From the NCBI RefSeq assembly GCF_009914755.1, contig NC_060936.1: DNA of 64,000 nt. One strand, given 5' to 3'. This stretch comes from the human T2T-CHM13v2.0 reference genome, Homo sapiens. This document shows positions 16,730 through 37,791 of the stretch, in pieces (within the stretch, counting starts at the first letter, position 1; each line of letters begins with the position of its first letter). The notes under the pieces were generated by a model that was not told the DNA's origin, searched no databases, and worked only from the letters and a program-made list of their open reading frames with translations. Both the position numbers and the translations under genes were made by a program.

Positions 16730-18327
16730 TGAGTAGCTGGGACTCTACAGGCGCCCGCCTCCAGGCCTAGTTAATTTTTGTATTTTTCGTAGAGACGGGG
16801 TTTCATCACGTTGGCCAGGCCTCAAACTCCTGACCTCAAATGATCCACCTGCCTTGGCCTCCCAAAGTGCTGGGATTACAGGCGTGAGCCACTGTGCCTG
16901 GCCTTTAGTGCCATACTTGATTCTGCAGAGAGGTCACCACACATTCTGAAGTTGGGCACCCACCCCAGGTCCGTCCCCGTTCCATCAAACATGAGGAAGA
17001 GGCTCATGTGGGGAGCTAAGGAGTTTCTCAGAAGTATTGACTCTGAGCTTTCCTTGGGGTGAGCTGCAGGAGGCACCCCTGCTTTAGCGGGCAGGAAGCT
17101 GCAGGGCTGAGCAGAGCAGATGCCGCCTACAGCCCCGCCTGGCCCGAATCTTGCGGCCCATTTGTCCTTTTCCCAGCACCAGCAGAGGCCCTGCATGAAG
17201 GTTCTAAACAAGTGCTTATTGGATAAGTGACAGTTCAGGGGCTCCAGTGCCATTCAGGTCTGGGATGCCATCCCGGGCTGCTCACTGGTAAGCGTTTGCC
17301 TGTGATAAGAGCCTCCAATCTCTTCCCAGCACACTTAGAATAAAATCCAAACCTCAGCCTCTAAGGAGCTACATGAACTGACCCCTGTGACCTCATTTCC
17401 AGCCTCCTGAGGCCTCAATCATCTTCTGACACACTAGCCTTCTTTATTTTTTTCATCTTACTGTCGCTCAGGCTGTAGCGCAGTGGTATGATCTCAGCTC
17501 ACTGTGGCCTCGACCTCCTGGGCTCAAGTGATCCTCCCGCCTCAGCCTTCAAGTAGCTCAGACTACAGGTGTGCACCACTGCACCTGGCTTATTTTTAAA
17601 AAAATCGTTAGTAGAGACGGGGTCTATGTTGCCCAGGCTGGTCTCAAACTCCTGGCTCCAAGTGATCTTCCTGCTTCAGCCTCCCAAAGTGCTGGGATCA
17701 CAGGTGTGAGCCACTGCGCGCGGCCTACACCGGCCTTCTTGGTTTCCCCCAAATGCTCATGTCCCAGGGCCTTTGCATGACTGCCCCTGCAACCCCCGAC
17801 CCAACAAATGCAGATATTTGCGTGGCTCACTCTGTTACTTCATTAGGGTTCAAATGTGACCTCCTCGAAGGCCTTCCCTGATGACTGTATCCAAAGATGT
17901 CCCTACCAAGTCACTCTATCACATGCCCCACTGCCGCTCTCCCAGAGCACGGCCGCCCCCTGGAACTATGGTGTCTGTGTGTTTACATGTTAAGCCCCTT
18001 TCTCCTCTGCACAGCACACAAGCTTCCCAAGGGCAGGGTCTCTGTCACGTTTAACACATATCCCAGGGCCAAGAGAGGAGCCTGACAAACAGAGGGGAAC
18101 CTGTGACAGTTTGCTGAAAGGACCTCTGTGTTACCATCTGTAAACTGAGGCTACGTGATGTTTCTCTGGCAGGGTTATGGTGCAAATCAACACAATACAG
18201 AAGGCAAAGGGCTTTGGGAATCAGCCAGCACCGCATCAGCGTCCAGGGGTGGTGGCGACAATCGCTGATGTGGGCAATAAGAAAAGGAATGGCCGGCCCC
18301 CTTGCATTGGCGCCGACCCCCACTTAC

Positions 18328-18478
18328 CTTCATGCTTCTGGAACTCCTCCTCTGAGAAGTTGACATCCTTGTGGGAGAGGTTGGTCATGAGCTGCTTGTT
18401 CTCCTCCTGCAGCTGGGCGATCTGGGAGAGGAGGTCCTGCGCCTCCCCTCGCCACACATCCTCCACCAGCTCCAGCTC
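18328..18478 (-). CDS. RILPL1: RILPL1 coding exon 2 (151 nt), coiled-coil segment ELELVEDVWRGEAQDLLSQIAQLQEENKQLMTNLSHKDVNFSEEEFQKHE(G)
   Basis: Acceptor ttgccttggcag/GAG (AG at 18480-18479) and donor GAAG/GTAAGT (GT at 18327-18326). Phase 0 start continues exon 1 in frame. Further exons are not visible in the window. Confidence 0.95.
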
Positions 18479-19104
18479 CTGCCAAGGCAAGGGGACAGCA
18501 TGGGGTCACTGCCTGCCCAGAGCAGCCGCCCCACCCACTCCGACCCTCAGGGGCAGCTTGGGTTGCTGGGACTTTGGGCCATCCCCTTCCTCGTGAGAAC
18601 TGGGCCGGCAAGGCCACCACGAGTCCCATATGGCACCTCTGCAAGAAACAGAAGCCACCCTTCTTTGGGGCAGATGCCTGCGTTTATGCTGTTAGGACCT
18701 GGCTCAGTTAGAACTGCCCCCAAGGACAACCACAAAGCTAATGCTGCATCTTGGAGCTCTCTTCAGAGTAGACAGAGCAGCCCCAGGATACGGGGGTCCG
18801 AACGTTCCTAACCTCTGGGGGGCACACCCCCTGATCTCTGGACAGACAGTTGGGACAAACCTTTCTCCAAGGGAGCCAGAGGCCTCGAGAATCCTGGGGA
18901 TGCCGAGGCAGACGGGGCCCCCTGCCCCAGCGTTCCTTAGGTATCTGATCCAGGTATCTCTCCATGGGGTCTTCAACCACTGACTCGATCACCCTGAGCC
19001 TCAGTTTCCCTCAGTGGTGGAACCAAAACAAAGGCTCACGAAGTGAATGTGAGGATAAATAAAATCAGTCTATTAAAGTTATTTTGTGGGTGGCTGCAGT
19101 CAAA

Positions 19105-20740
<1,636 letters not shown>

Positions 20741-20925
20741 TGGTAGCCCTCCACCCCCGCAAAAAACAAACAAACAAACAAACAAAAAAACGGTACTTGG
20801 TAAAACCGTAAGCTAGCTCACAAAGCAGGGTTGCTGTTGTCTGTATAAAACAGTGGTTTAAGGGCCAGGCGCAGTGGCTCACACCTGTAATCCTGGCACC
20901 TTGGGAGGCCAAGGCAGGCGGATCA

Positions 20926-21207
<282 letters not shown>

Positions 21208-21799
21208 TCAAGGCATGGACACTGGAGCCTGCCGCCCTAAGTCTGAATCCTGTTTCTGCTGCTTACTAGCTGACCTTGGCGAGTTATTCAGCCTTCTGGT
21301 GCCCCACAAATGAGGAAACTAGTGTGGTATCTGCCGGGAAGGGTGGGTGTGAGGATTAAATGGTTACTATAAGTAAAGCGCCTGGAATATGCCCGGCACC
21401 CAGAAAGCACTAACAATGTGTGTGCTGATCTCTGTCCCATCCCTACAATTCATCACAAGCGGCCAGGTGGCCGGATGCTAGGCATGGCCTCTGTCCATCT
21501 TCTAAATAAGTTCTCAGACCCACCTCCTTTGTCAGAAGCCTGCTGCATTGGGGAAGAAAGGAGTAATAGCCTAGTATTTGCACAGAGGGCGCAAGGTCAC
21601 CAGGGGAGGTGAAGGGCAGGGCCGGGGTGGAAGTGGTGGTGGAGGGATGGAGAGGGAATGTTGACCTCCCATAAGCAGATGGGGCCTGGAAGCAGAAAGA
21701 GGCTCATCCAGCCCTGTTCCTCTCTGTTTCCAACTGGCATAGGCTGGGCTCACACGGGGCTCAGAGAATATCAGTCAAGTGTAACTGGCTGGGGCAGGG

Positions 21800-23620
<1,821 letters not shown>

Positions 23621-23759
23621 GACTTTAACCCTAAATTCTTTTTTTTTCTTCTCTCAACGAACTGAAGTTGATGCTGGGGTTGCTGATTCTCGCCTCTGAG
23701 TTGACCACTCAGAATCTCATGCTGCCTCCATACCAGCCCAGTGGTTCTCCGGAGAAGTC

Positions 23760-25510
<1,751 letters not shown>

Positions 25511-28026
25511 AGCATAGTCTGGTATGTTACACGCGAGTGTATCAGCCCAGCCATTGCTTTCTAGAATTTATTTGTGTTTTCCCTTTCTTCCCTGTTACCC
25601 GCCTGCTGCCTGACATGAGACTTTGCTTTTCTCTGCAGAGCCATGGTACCAAGAAGGGCACTGTGCTCGCTATGGCCTGTCATCAGAGTTGCAGACTGAG
25701 TAATGAGACAGAACATGACACAACTGTGGCCTGCATCTGAGTGATGAGTGGAAGTGAGTGAGTGGGTCTACTGAGAGGAGGAGTAGGGGGAAGAAAGTGT
25801 ATGTCCTTTACTGGAGCCATAATTGCTGAAAGCGAGAGAGACAAGGAAGAAGGGGTAGGGAAGAAGAGGGGAAAGGGAAGAGGAATGGAGGTGGACAGAC
25901 TAAACCAGGACATGCCAAAAACATTTTTGTGGAAATATCACCTTGAAGAGCCTTTGAGACTCTGCAGGAAAAAAAAAAAAAATCATACAAGTCTCTCTCC
26001 ATCCCAAGAATGTGAAGTAAACGGGTCTGGGGCTGGGGTGGGAAAAGAATTGCATCCTTGATTTAGAGAGGTCATCCTCAATGTAAGTCAACAAGCCCTG
26101 GCCCTGAGCGCACGGTGTTCACTTCCCAGCTGAACACGTTCCAGAGGCAACAAGTGCAGCTGCTGACAATTCCATGTGACTTCAGACCTGGTGGCCTCCG
26201 ATGGCTTCCAAGGATTTCTCCCAGCTCCCCCGCAACAGAACTAAAGAGCCCCAGTTGGGGGACAGTATAGGTGCCAGGACTTCTGTGTGATCTGGTCAAA
26301 GCCCCTTGGTCCCTGTTAATAAGAGGCGCCACACGAGAGAATTTCCAAGGTCCCTTGCCTCCTTGACCCTCTATGAGAGATGGAGGCCTCTAGGGTAGGA
26401 GTAGAGGTGCTTGGGGTGGGGACGGTTTCCTAATATGAGCCTGTGAGCACCTCAATGAATGTCTCTCCAGGCCTAAAAAGAATTTTAAGACTTGCAAAGC
26501 CCTTGCTATGGGCAGGCTCTGTCCTGAACACTTTATATGTATTTATATTAACTCTTTAAACCTCATCACATTCTAATGGGGGTACTATTACTATCCCATT
26601 TTAGAACTGAGGAAACTGAAGCACAGAGATGCTGGGTGATTTGCCCAAGATCACACAGCCTGCAAGTGGTAGGGTTTGAAACCAGGCTGTCTAGCTCCAA
26701 AGTCCTAGCTTCTAGGAGTCTTGAAATTAATTACAGGTCAAAGCATTTTCAGGCTCCCAGAGTGACCTTGGAAATGCTGCTCAACTCTTGGGAGCCTGAG
26801 TTTCCTTCCTGCCCCTAGGGCATAGGGACCCATGAGGACGAGCACAGTCAAACATGGCAATGGTGCTGTTACCTACCTGTGGGTCTGCCCTCAGGTAAAG
26901 GGTTCAGACCCAGCTTTGGCTATTTTACTCCAAAACACAGAGATCCATCAAAGTACACAATAAGGGATGGCCTGCCCCTGAGGTTCAGAGAGGCCATCTG
27001 TATTTCCTGAGGCTGAACAGCAAGCTGGAGACTGCTCAGGCACCCTGATCCCTCAAGGAAAGGTGTTTCCTCCCATTCTCAGTCTGAAGGGGCTGCCAAG
27101 AGCATCCCTGGCTGAGGTTAGGGCAGGAAACCACATGTCTTTCACTTCCTTTTCTCCAGAAACCTCGTCTGAACTCCAGGCCCAGTGGGGAGGCCCTGAT
27201 TCAGAGAGACTCCTGATCACAGGGCAGAGGCTTAGCCTTAAAGCCACCCCAAATCATCCCTTTCCCCCAATTCAAACAGGGTGGGGAGGAGACACGGGGG
27301 CTGGGACTCTCTCACCACTAATTTGGGACAAATTGCTCCTCCCACTGTGACCCTCGGTTTCTTTATCTGTAAAATGAAGATAGTCTCTATAGAGTCCTGT
27401 GAGGATTAAGGATAAAATCAGAGGAGAGAACACGGGCTACCACAGGTTCATAAGCTAGGGGAGTCCCGGGAAGAAAGTTGCAAATATGAACCCGAAGACT
27501 AGGGGTCACGAAGCTCAGTGGCTGGAGGTCACATTCCCTTTGCTCTGGGGAGACTGGGAGGGGGGGGGATGAAGAAAGGGTCCTGGGCCTGATGTCACAT
27601 CTTCTTGGGTAACTCGGGAGGCCAAGAGGCTTATTTCATGTCTGGAAGAGAATAATATGTCTAAGCACTTAGCTTATATGGTCCCATTTAATTCTTCTAA
27701 GGTGGGTCCTATTATGATTACCATTTGACAGGTGAGGAAATAAAGCACAGAGAGGTTAAGTAACTTACCTAAAGTCACACAGCTATTAAACGGTAAAGGT
27801 GGGATTGGAACTCCAGAGAACAGCTCTTAATCTCTCGGGTGGTATCTGCCAGCCACCCCTGGTCGGGCAAAAGAAGGCCAGGGCCTCCCTCCCTCCCCAC
27901 GTCGGGTCTCCTCTGGTCCGGTCCCTGAACACACACACGTGCGCACCCACAGCTGCCCAATGCGGAAGAGCCCTTGGGTCCCCGCGGTCCCACTGCCCGG
28001 ACGGACAGACCGAGGCCGCCGCCCAC

Positions 28027-28335
28027 CTTCTGGTGCTTGCGCTCCTTCTCGATGCGGTCCATCCTCTCCAGGCGCAGGCGGTCCAGCTCCAGGCGCAGCT
28101 CGTCCAGCTCGGGCGCGACGTGGTGGCGGCTGACCAGCACCTCCAGGATCTCCAGCACGCGCACGACCTTGGGCATGAGGCGCGCGATGGCCTCGCAGCC
28201 GTGCTGGTCAATGACCCGCTCGAACTCGTGGCCCACAAGCGACGCGATGTCGTACACGTCCATGACGGTCAGCTCGGCCACGTTCTTCTCCAGCGCCGAC
28301 TCGGCCGCCAGCGCCGACCCCCGCTCCTCCTCCAT
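28027..28335 (-). CDS. RILPL1: RILPL1 (Rab-interacting lysosomal protein-like 1) coding exon 1, 103 codons, RH1 domain
   Basis: Translation MEEERGSALAAESALEKNVAELTVMDVYDIASLVGHEFERVIDQHGCEAIARLMPKVVRVLEILE...KERKHQK matches the RILPL1 N-terminus. ATG (CAT at 28333-28335) is in a strong Kozak context gccATGG. Donor AAG/GTGGGC at 28027/28026, phase 0. Confidence 0.97.
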
Positions 28336-29350
28336 GGCCACCCTCCTGGCCTGTCCCCCGCCCCGCAAACTCGTGCAACTCCCAAACTTGCCGCTGTCGA
28401 GGGCCGGGCCGGCCGGGCCCAGCCTGGGCCGCGGGCGGGCGCGCTCAGCCGGCGCTGGGGCGAGGGCGCAGCGGGCAGCGGGCGGCGGGCGCGGGCGCGG
28501 GCACGGGCGGCGGCGCGGGGTGTGCGGGCCCGGGGTCTGGGCGCCCGGCTCGGCCCGGAGCTGCTCCCGAGTGGGCGGCGGCGGCGGCGGCGGCGGCGGC
28601 GGCAGCGGGGAGGGCGCGCGCGTGCGCAGGCCCGCGGCGCCTCCCAAGTTGGGATCCGAGTTGCGCTCAATGGAGCCGGGCCGGGCGCCTCGGGGCGGTG
28701 CGGGCCTGAGGGGCGGCAGAGCGCGGGGCCGGAGAGGAAGGGCGGCCCGCGGCTCCTCCGGGAAACTTTGGCGGCGGCGGCTGCGAGGCCGGGTGATCGC
28801 TTCCCCACAGGGAGGCCGCGCGCCCCGCCCCAATCCCGGCCTGGCCAGGGGCGCGCCCGCTTTCCGCCGCCCGGGGGCGCCCCGGGGTACCCCCCCAAGC
28901 GCCGACTCCGCGGCCTGCACTCCGGGCCCCCCTCTCCAGCCGCCGGACCCGCGGCGCCCCTCACCCGTGCCCCGGCCGCCCCTCCCCCGCCCGGCGCTGA
29001 CTCCTCCCACCACCCGGCCGCCGGGAGGGGTCCAGGCCGCCCCGGGAGAGGGGGCCGGGGGCGCTGGTCTCGCGGGACGATTCGCTGCTCCGGGTAGCGG
29101 CCCCGGCCTTGGAGAGGGATGGAGGGGTCACGAGGAGGTCCCCGGGCTGGGGCTCATCCCAGGAAGAGAACGGGGACCCCCCCCGGCCCGCAGACACTCC
29201 GCGCAGACCCGGCCACCAGGCGGACTTGCAGAGGCGCCCGGAGAGGGGCCGACGTGTCGAGGAATGCTGGATCCCCGGAGCCCCAGGGCGCTCCTCCCCG
29301 AGCCACATCCATCACTGGCTCCTTGTGACATGAACGCCACTTCACAGTAG
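28334..29350 (+). CDS. Candidate antisense ORF reading the GGC repeat as polyglycine: 338 aa from ATG 28334, or 432 aa from ATG 28052
   Basis: Part of track ORF 27974..29350: MATLLACPPPRK...SRVGGGGGGGGGGSGEG...ATSQ*. The GGC units are in frame. Translation cannot be shown from sequence, and GC-rich DNA favours long ORFs. Confidence 0.5.
   Translation: MATLLACPPPRKLVQLPNLPLSRAGPAGPSLGRGRARSAGAGARAQRAAGGGRGRGHGRRRGVCGPGVWAPGSARSCSRVGGGGGGGGGGSGEGARVRRPAAPPKLGSELRSMEPGRAPRGGAGLRGGRARGRRGRAARGSSGKLWRRRLRGRVIASPQGGRAPRPNPGLARGAPAFRRPGAPRGTPPSADSAACTPGPPLQPPDPRRPSPVPRPPLPRPALTPPTTRPPGGVQAAPGEGAGGAGLAGRFAAPGSGPGLGEGWRGHEEVPGLGLIPGRERGPPPARRHSAQTRPPGGLAEAPGEGPTCRGMLDPRSPRALLPEPHPSLAPCDMNATSQ
28574..28606 (+). 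repeat. RILPL1: (GGC)10 AGC trinucleotide repeat, the OPDM4 repeat-expansion locus; normal-length allele
   Basis: Ten uninterrupted GGC units at 28574-28603 followed by AGC, about 240 bp upstream of the RILPL1 ATG. The association of RILPL1 CGG/GGC expansion with oculopharyngodistal myopathy type 4 is established knowledge. Confidence 0.93.
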
Positions 29351-30216
29351 AGCGAAGCCCTCTTGGCATTCCAGCACCACGAGTTCTCTTGTCCCAAGGC
29401 CCCCTGTCCATTTGGGCTGGCCAAATCCACTTGTCCATCAGACCCCCTCCCACTCCCGGGAGAACGTTTCCTGAACCCAGAACCCCATCCACCCTCCCCG
29501 CCCCCCACGCAGGAGTTAAGGACCCCCTTGCAAACTCACAGTCCCCTGCTTGCCCCATCAGGATTGCTCTTAGCATCCTGAGTTTTCACCGTGTGGTTGC
29601 AGGTAGGTTTCCACCGTCAGATCTTGGCTCCTTGAGGGAAGAAATCTTAATGCCCTTGTAGCCATAAAGCGCACCCCAACGTGGCACGTATTGATTAAAA
29701 ATCTAAAAGTTGGCCGGGCGCGGTGGCTCACGCCTGTAATCCCAGCACTTTGGGAGACTGAGGTGGACGAGGTCAGGAGTTCAAGACCAGCCTAGCCAAG
29801 GTGGTGAAACCCCGTCTCTACTAAAAATACAAAAATTAGCCGGGCATGGTGGCGCATGCCTGTAATCCCAGCTACTCAGGAGGCTGAGGCAGAGAGTTGC
29901 TTAAACCCGGGAGGCGGAGGTTGCAGCAAGCCGAAATCGCGCCACTGCACTGCAGGCTGGGTGACAGAGCAAGACTCCATCTCAAAATAATAATATAATA
30001 CAATAAATAAATAAATAAATAGTAAAAAAAAAAAAATTAAGGCCAGGCGGGGTGGCTCACGCCTGTAATCCCAGCACTTTGGGAGGCCGAGGTGGGAAAA
30101 TTTCTAGAGCTCAGGAGTTCGAGACCAGCCTGGCCAACATGGTGAAACCACGCCTCTACTAAAAATACAAAAATTAGCCAGACATGGTGGCATGTGCCTG
30201 TAATCCCAGCTACTCA

Positions 30217-30321
<105 letters not shown>

Positions 30322-30356
30322 TCAAAAAAAAAAAAGAAAAAAAAAAAGTAAAATTA

Positions 30357-30656
<300 letters not shown>

Positions 30657-30848
30657 TTAAAAAAAAGTCTGGTTGCAGTGACTTATGCCTGTAATCCCAG
30701 CACTTTGGGAGGCCAAGGGGGGCAGATCAGTTGAGGTCAGGAGTTCAAGATCAGCCTGGCCAACATGGTGAAACCTCATCTCTACTAAAAATACAAAAAA
30801 AAAAAAAAATTAGCCAGGCGTGGTGGCAGGCGCCTGTAATCCCAGCTA

Positions 30849-30962
<114 letters not shown>

Positions 30963-31260
30963 TCAAAATAAATAAATAAATAAATTAATTAATTAATTAA
31001 ATAAAAATTACCTGACTGTGGTGGCAAGTGCCTGTAGTCCCAGCTACTCGGGAGACTGAGGTGGAAGGATGACTTGAGTCCCAGGGAGCAGAGGTTGCAG
31101 TGAGCTGTGATTACACCACTGCACTCCAACCTGGGTGACATAGGGAGACCCTGTCTCAAAAACAACAAAAAAACTCATACGTTATCTAGCACGGTGGCGT
31201 GAGCCTGTAGTTCCAGCTACTCCAGTGGGAGGATCCCTTGAGTTCAAGAGTTCTAGTCTA

Positions 31261-31466
<206 letters not shown>

Positions 31467-31679
31467 TAGCTAGGATTACAGGCGCATGCCACCATGCCTG
31501 GCCGATTTTTTTGTATTTTTAGTAGAGAGGGGGTTTCACCATGTTAGCCAGACTGATCTCGAACTCCTGACCTCAGGCAATCTGCCTGCCTCAGCCTCCC
31601 AAAGTGCTGGGATTACAGGCATAAGCCATCCTCCCGGACTATTTTTTAATTAATATTTTTTAAAGCATCAGTTTAAATT

Positions 31680-31758
31680 TCTTTTCTTTTCTTTTCTTTT
31701 TCTTCTTCTTCCCTTCCCTCCCCTCCCCTCCCCTTTCTTTCTTCCTTTCCTTTCCTTC

Positions 31759-31817
<59 letters not shown>

Positions 31818-31857
31818 TCCTTTCTCTCTCTTTCCCTCCCTCCCTCCCTCCCTCCCT

Positions 31858-31917
<60 letters not shown>

Positions 31918-31918
31918 T
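31680..31918. repeat. Polypyrimidine compound microsatellite (CTTTT)n-(TTTC)n-(CCCT)n-(CT)n
   Basis: About 240 nt of pure C/T derived from the tail of a minus-strand Alu monomer. Confidence 0.93.
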
Positions 31919-32674
31919 CAGGGTCTAGTTCTGTTGCCCAAGGTAGTGCAGTGGTGCGATCGTAGCTCACTGCAGCCTCAAACTCCTGGGCTCAAGCGGT
32001 CCTCCCACTTCAGCCTCCTGAGTTAGCTGGGATTATAAATTTCTATTTACAGTAGATATGAGCAGATATAACTCACCTAACAAAAGCTCTTTCAAGGCTA
32101 GACACAGTGGCTTACGCCTGTAATCCTAGCACTTTGGGAGGCTGAGGTGGGCGGATCACCTCAGATCGGGAGTTTGAGACCAGCCTGCCCAACATGGTGA
32201 AATCCTGTCTCTACTAAAAATATAAAAATTAGCCGGTGTGTGGCCCGTGCCTGTAATACGAGCTACTAGGGAGGCTGAGGCACGAGAATTCCTTGAACTC
32301 AGGAGACGGAGGTTGCAGTGAGCCAAGGTCATGCCTCTTCACTCCAGCCTGGGCAACAGAGTGAGACTCTGTCTCAAAAAAACAAACAAACAAAAAAACA
32401 AAAACAAACAAACAAAAACTCTTTAAATATTGTTTTAGTGTAAAGGGGCTCTGAGGCCAAAAAGTTTCAGAACTTCTGCCTTATAACATCCTAAGAGGTA
32501 AATTTTATTATCTTATTTTACAAATGAGGAAACTGAGGCACAGAGAGGTTAAAAGGCTCACCCAAAGCCAGGAAGCTGGTGAAGGTAAATTCAGGGTCAG
32601 ACCTGCGCAGTCTGGCCTCGAGTCTGTGCCATAACCTTCTCATCCTTGTTCCTTACACGTGCTAAGCACTCTAA

Positions 32675-33345
<671 letters not shown>

Positions 33346-33404
33346 TGAGCCACGCCTGGCCTTGCTGTCCACTTTCTAAGTTAAAGACAGGGAGGCAGGG
33401 AAAG

Positions 33405-35093
<1,689 letters not shown>

Positions 35094-35418
35094 GAAGGAT
35101 TAGTAACTTGTCCCACAGCTGCAAGGGATAAAGCAGGGAGCTGAACCCAGTGTGTGCCTGTGGTGAATGAAAGAATAAATAGTAAATACCCAAATTGGGC
35201 AACTTTGCACTGAAGGCAACAAAGATGTATTAAGAGTCTGCTGGAAGGAGGAATAAAGATTAAGAAGGACAGTGGCACCCTGCAGCCTGTGCCTTAGGAG
35301 GGGGTGGGAAAGGGATGGGAGGGTGTGAGAGATGGAAATTACTTCAAGGAGGGAAAGGGGAGGCAGGAGTCCATCTGAGTCCTTAGGAGAATGGTGACAA
35401 AATAGGGTGGGAGAGTAG

Positions 35419-35946
<528 letters not shown>

Positions 35947-36246
35947 TAGAGATGGGGTCTCACTATGTTGCTCAGGCTGGTCTCAAACTTCTGAGCTCAA
36001 GCCATTTTCCCACCTTGGCCTCCCGAAGTGTGGGCCTCTACCCACCTCTACCTCCCAAAGTGCTGAGATTAAAGGAGTGAGCCATCGAGCCCAGCCCTAC
36101 CTGGCATGTATTACGAGCTAAATATTGGCCTGGCTTGGTGGCTCACGCCTGTAATCCCAGCATTTTGGGAGGCAGAGTCAGGTGGATCGCTTGACCCAGA
36201 AGTTCAAGACCAACCTGGCCAACATAGTGAAACCCCATCTCTACTA

Positions 36247-36438
<192 letters not shown>

Positions 36439-36667
36439 CTATGAATGAAGTCAATGTAGGTCGAATCACAGCTTCTTTAGTTCTGAACTCAATTTCCACA
36501 TTTCCAGCTGTCAGCTGGACATTTATATCTACACCCAAGAAGGATACATCCTCTAGGTTTCGGCAGTAATAATAGACCCTGTGAGTGGCTCATGTCTGTA
36601 ATCCCAGCACTTTGGGAGGCCCAGGGGGGTGGATCACGAGGTCAGGAGATCGAGATCGTCCTGGCTA

Positions 36668-37003
<336 letters not shown>

Positions 37004-37129
37004 CTAATTTCTGACAGAGCAAGAGTGGGTTAAGAAAGAGGAGGAAAATTAAGAAATGAGTATATCAGCCCCGGTGCAGTGGCCTGTAATCCCAGCACTT
37101 TGGGAGGCCGAGGAGGGCAGATCACCTCA

Positions 37130-37791
<662 letters not shown>

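Larger units (their letters stand above)
27880..29310. promoter_or_regulatory. RILPL1: CpG island / RILPL1 promoter, probably bidirectional
   Basis: Very GC- and CpG-rich. GC boxes near 28355 and 28822, CCAAT at 28829-28833, NRF1-like GCGCGTGCGCA at 28618-28628, E2F-like TTTGGCGG at 28767-28774. Overlaps exon 1. Confidence 0.9.

Noticed and set aside
27775-28026. C-terminal part of the 412-aa ORF after KHQK
   Set aside because: Read-through into intron 1 past the GT donor; the true frame continues in exon 2.
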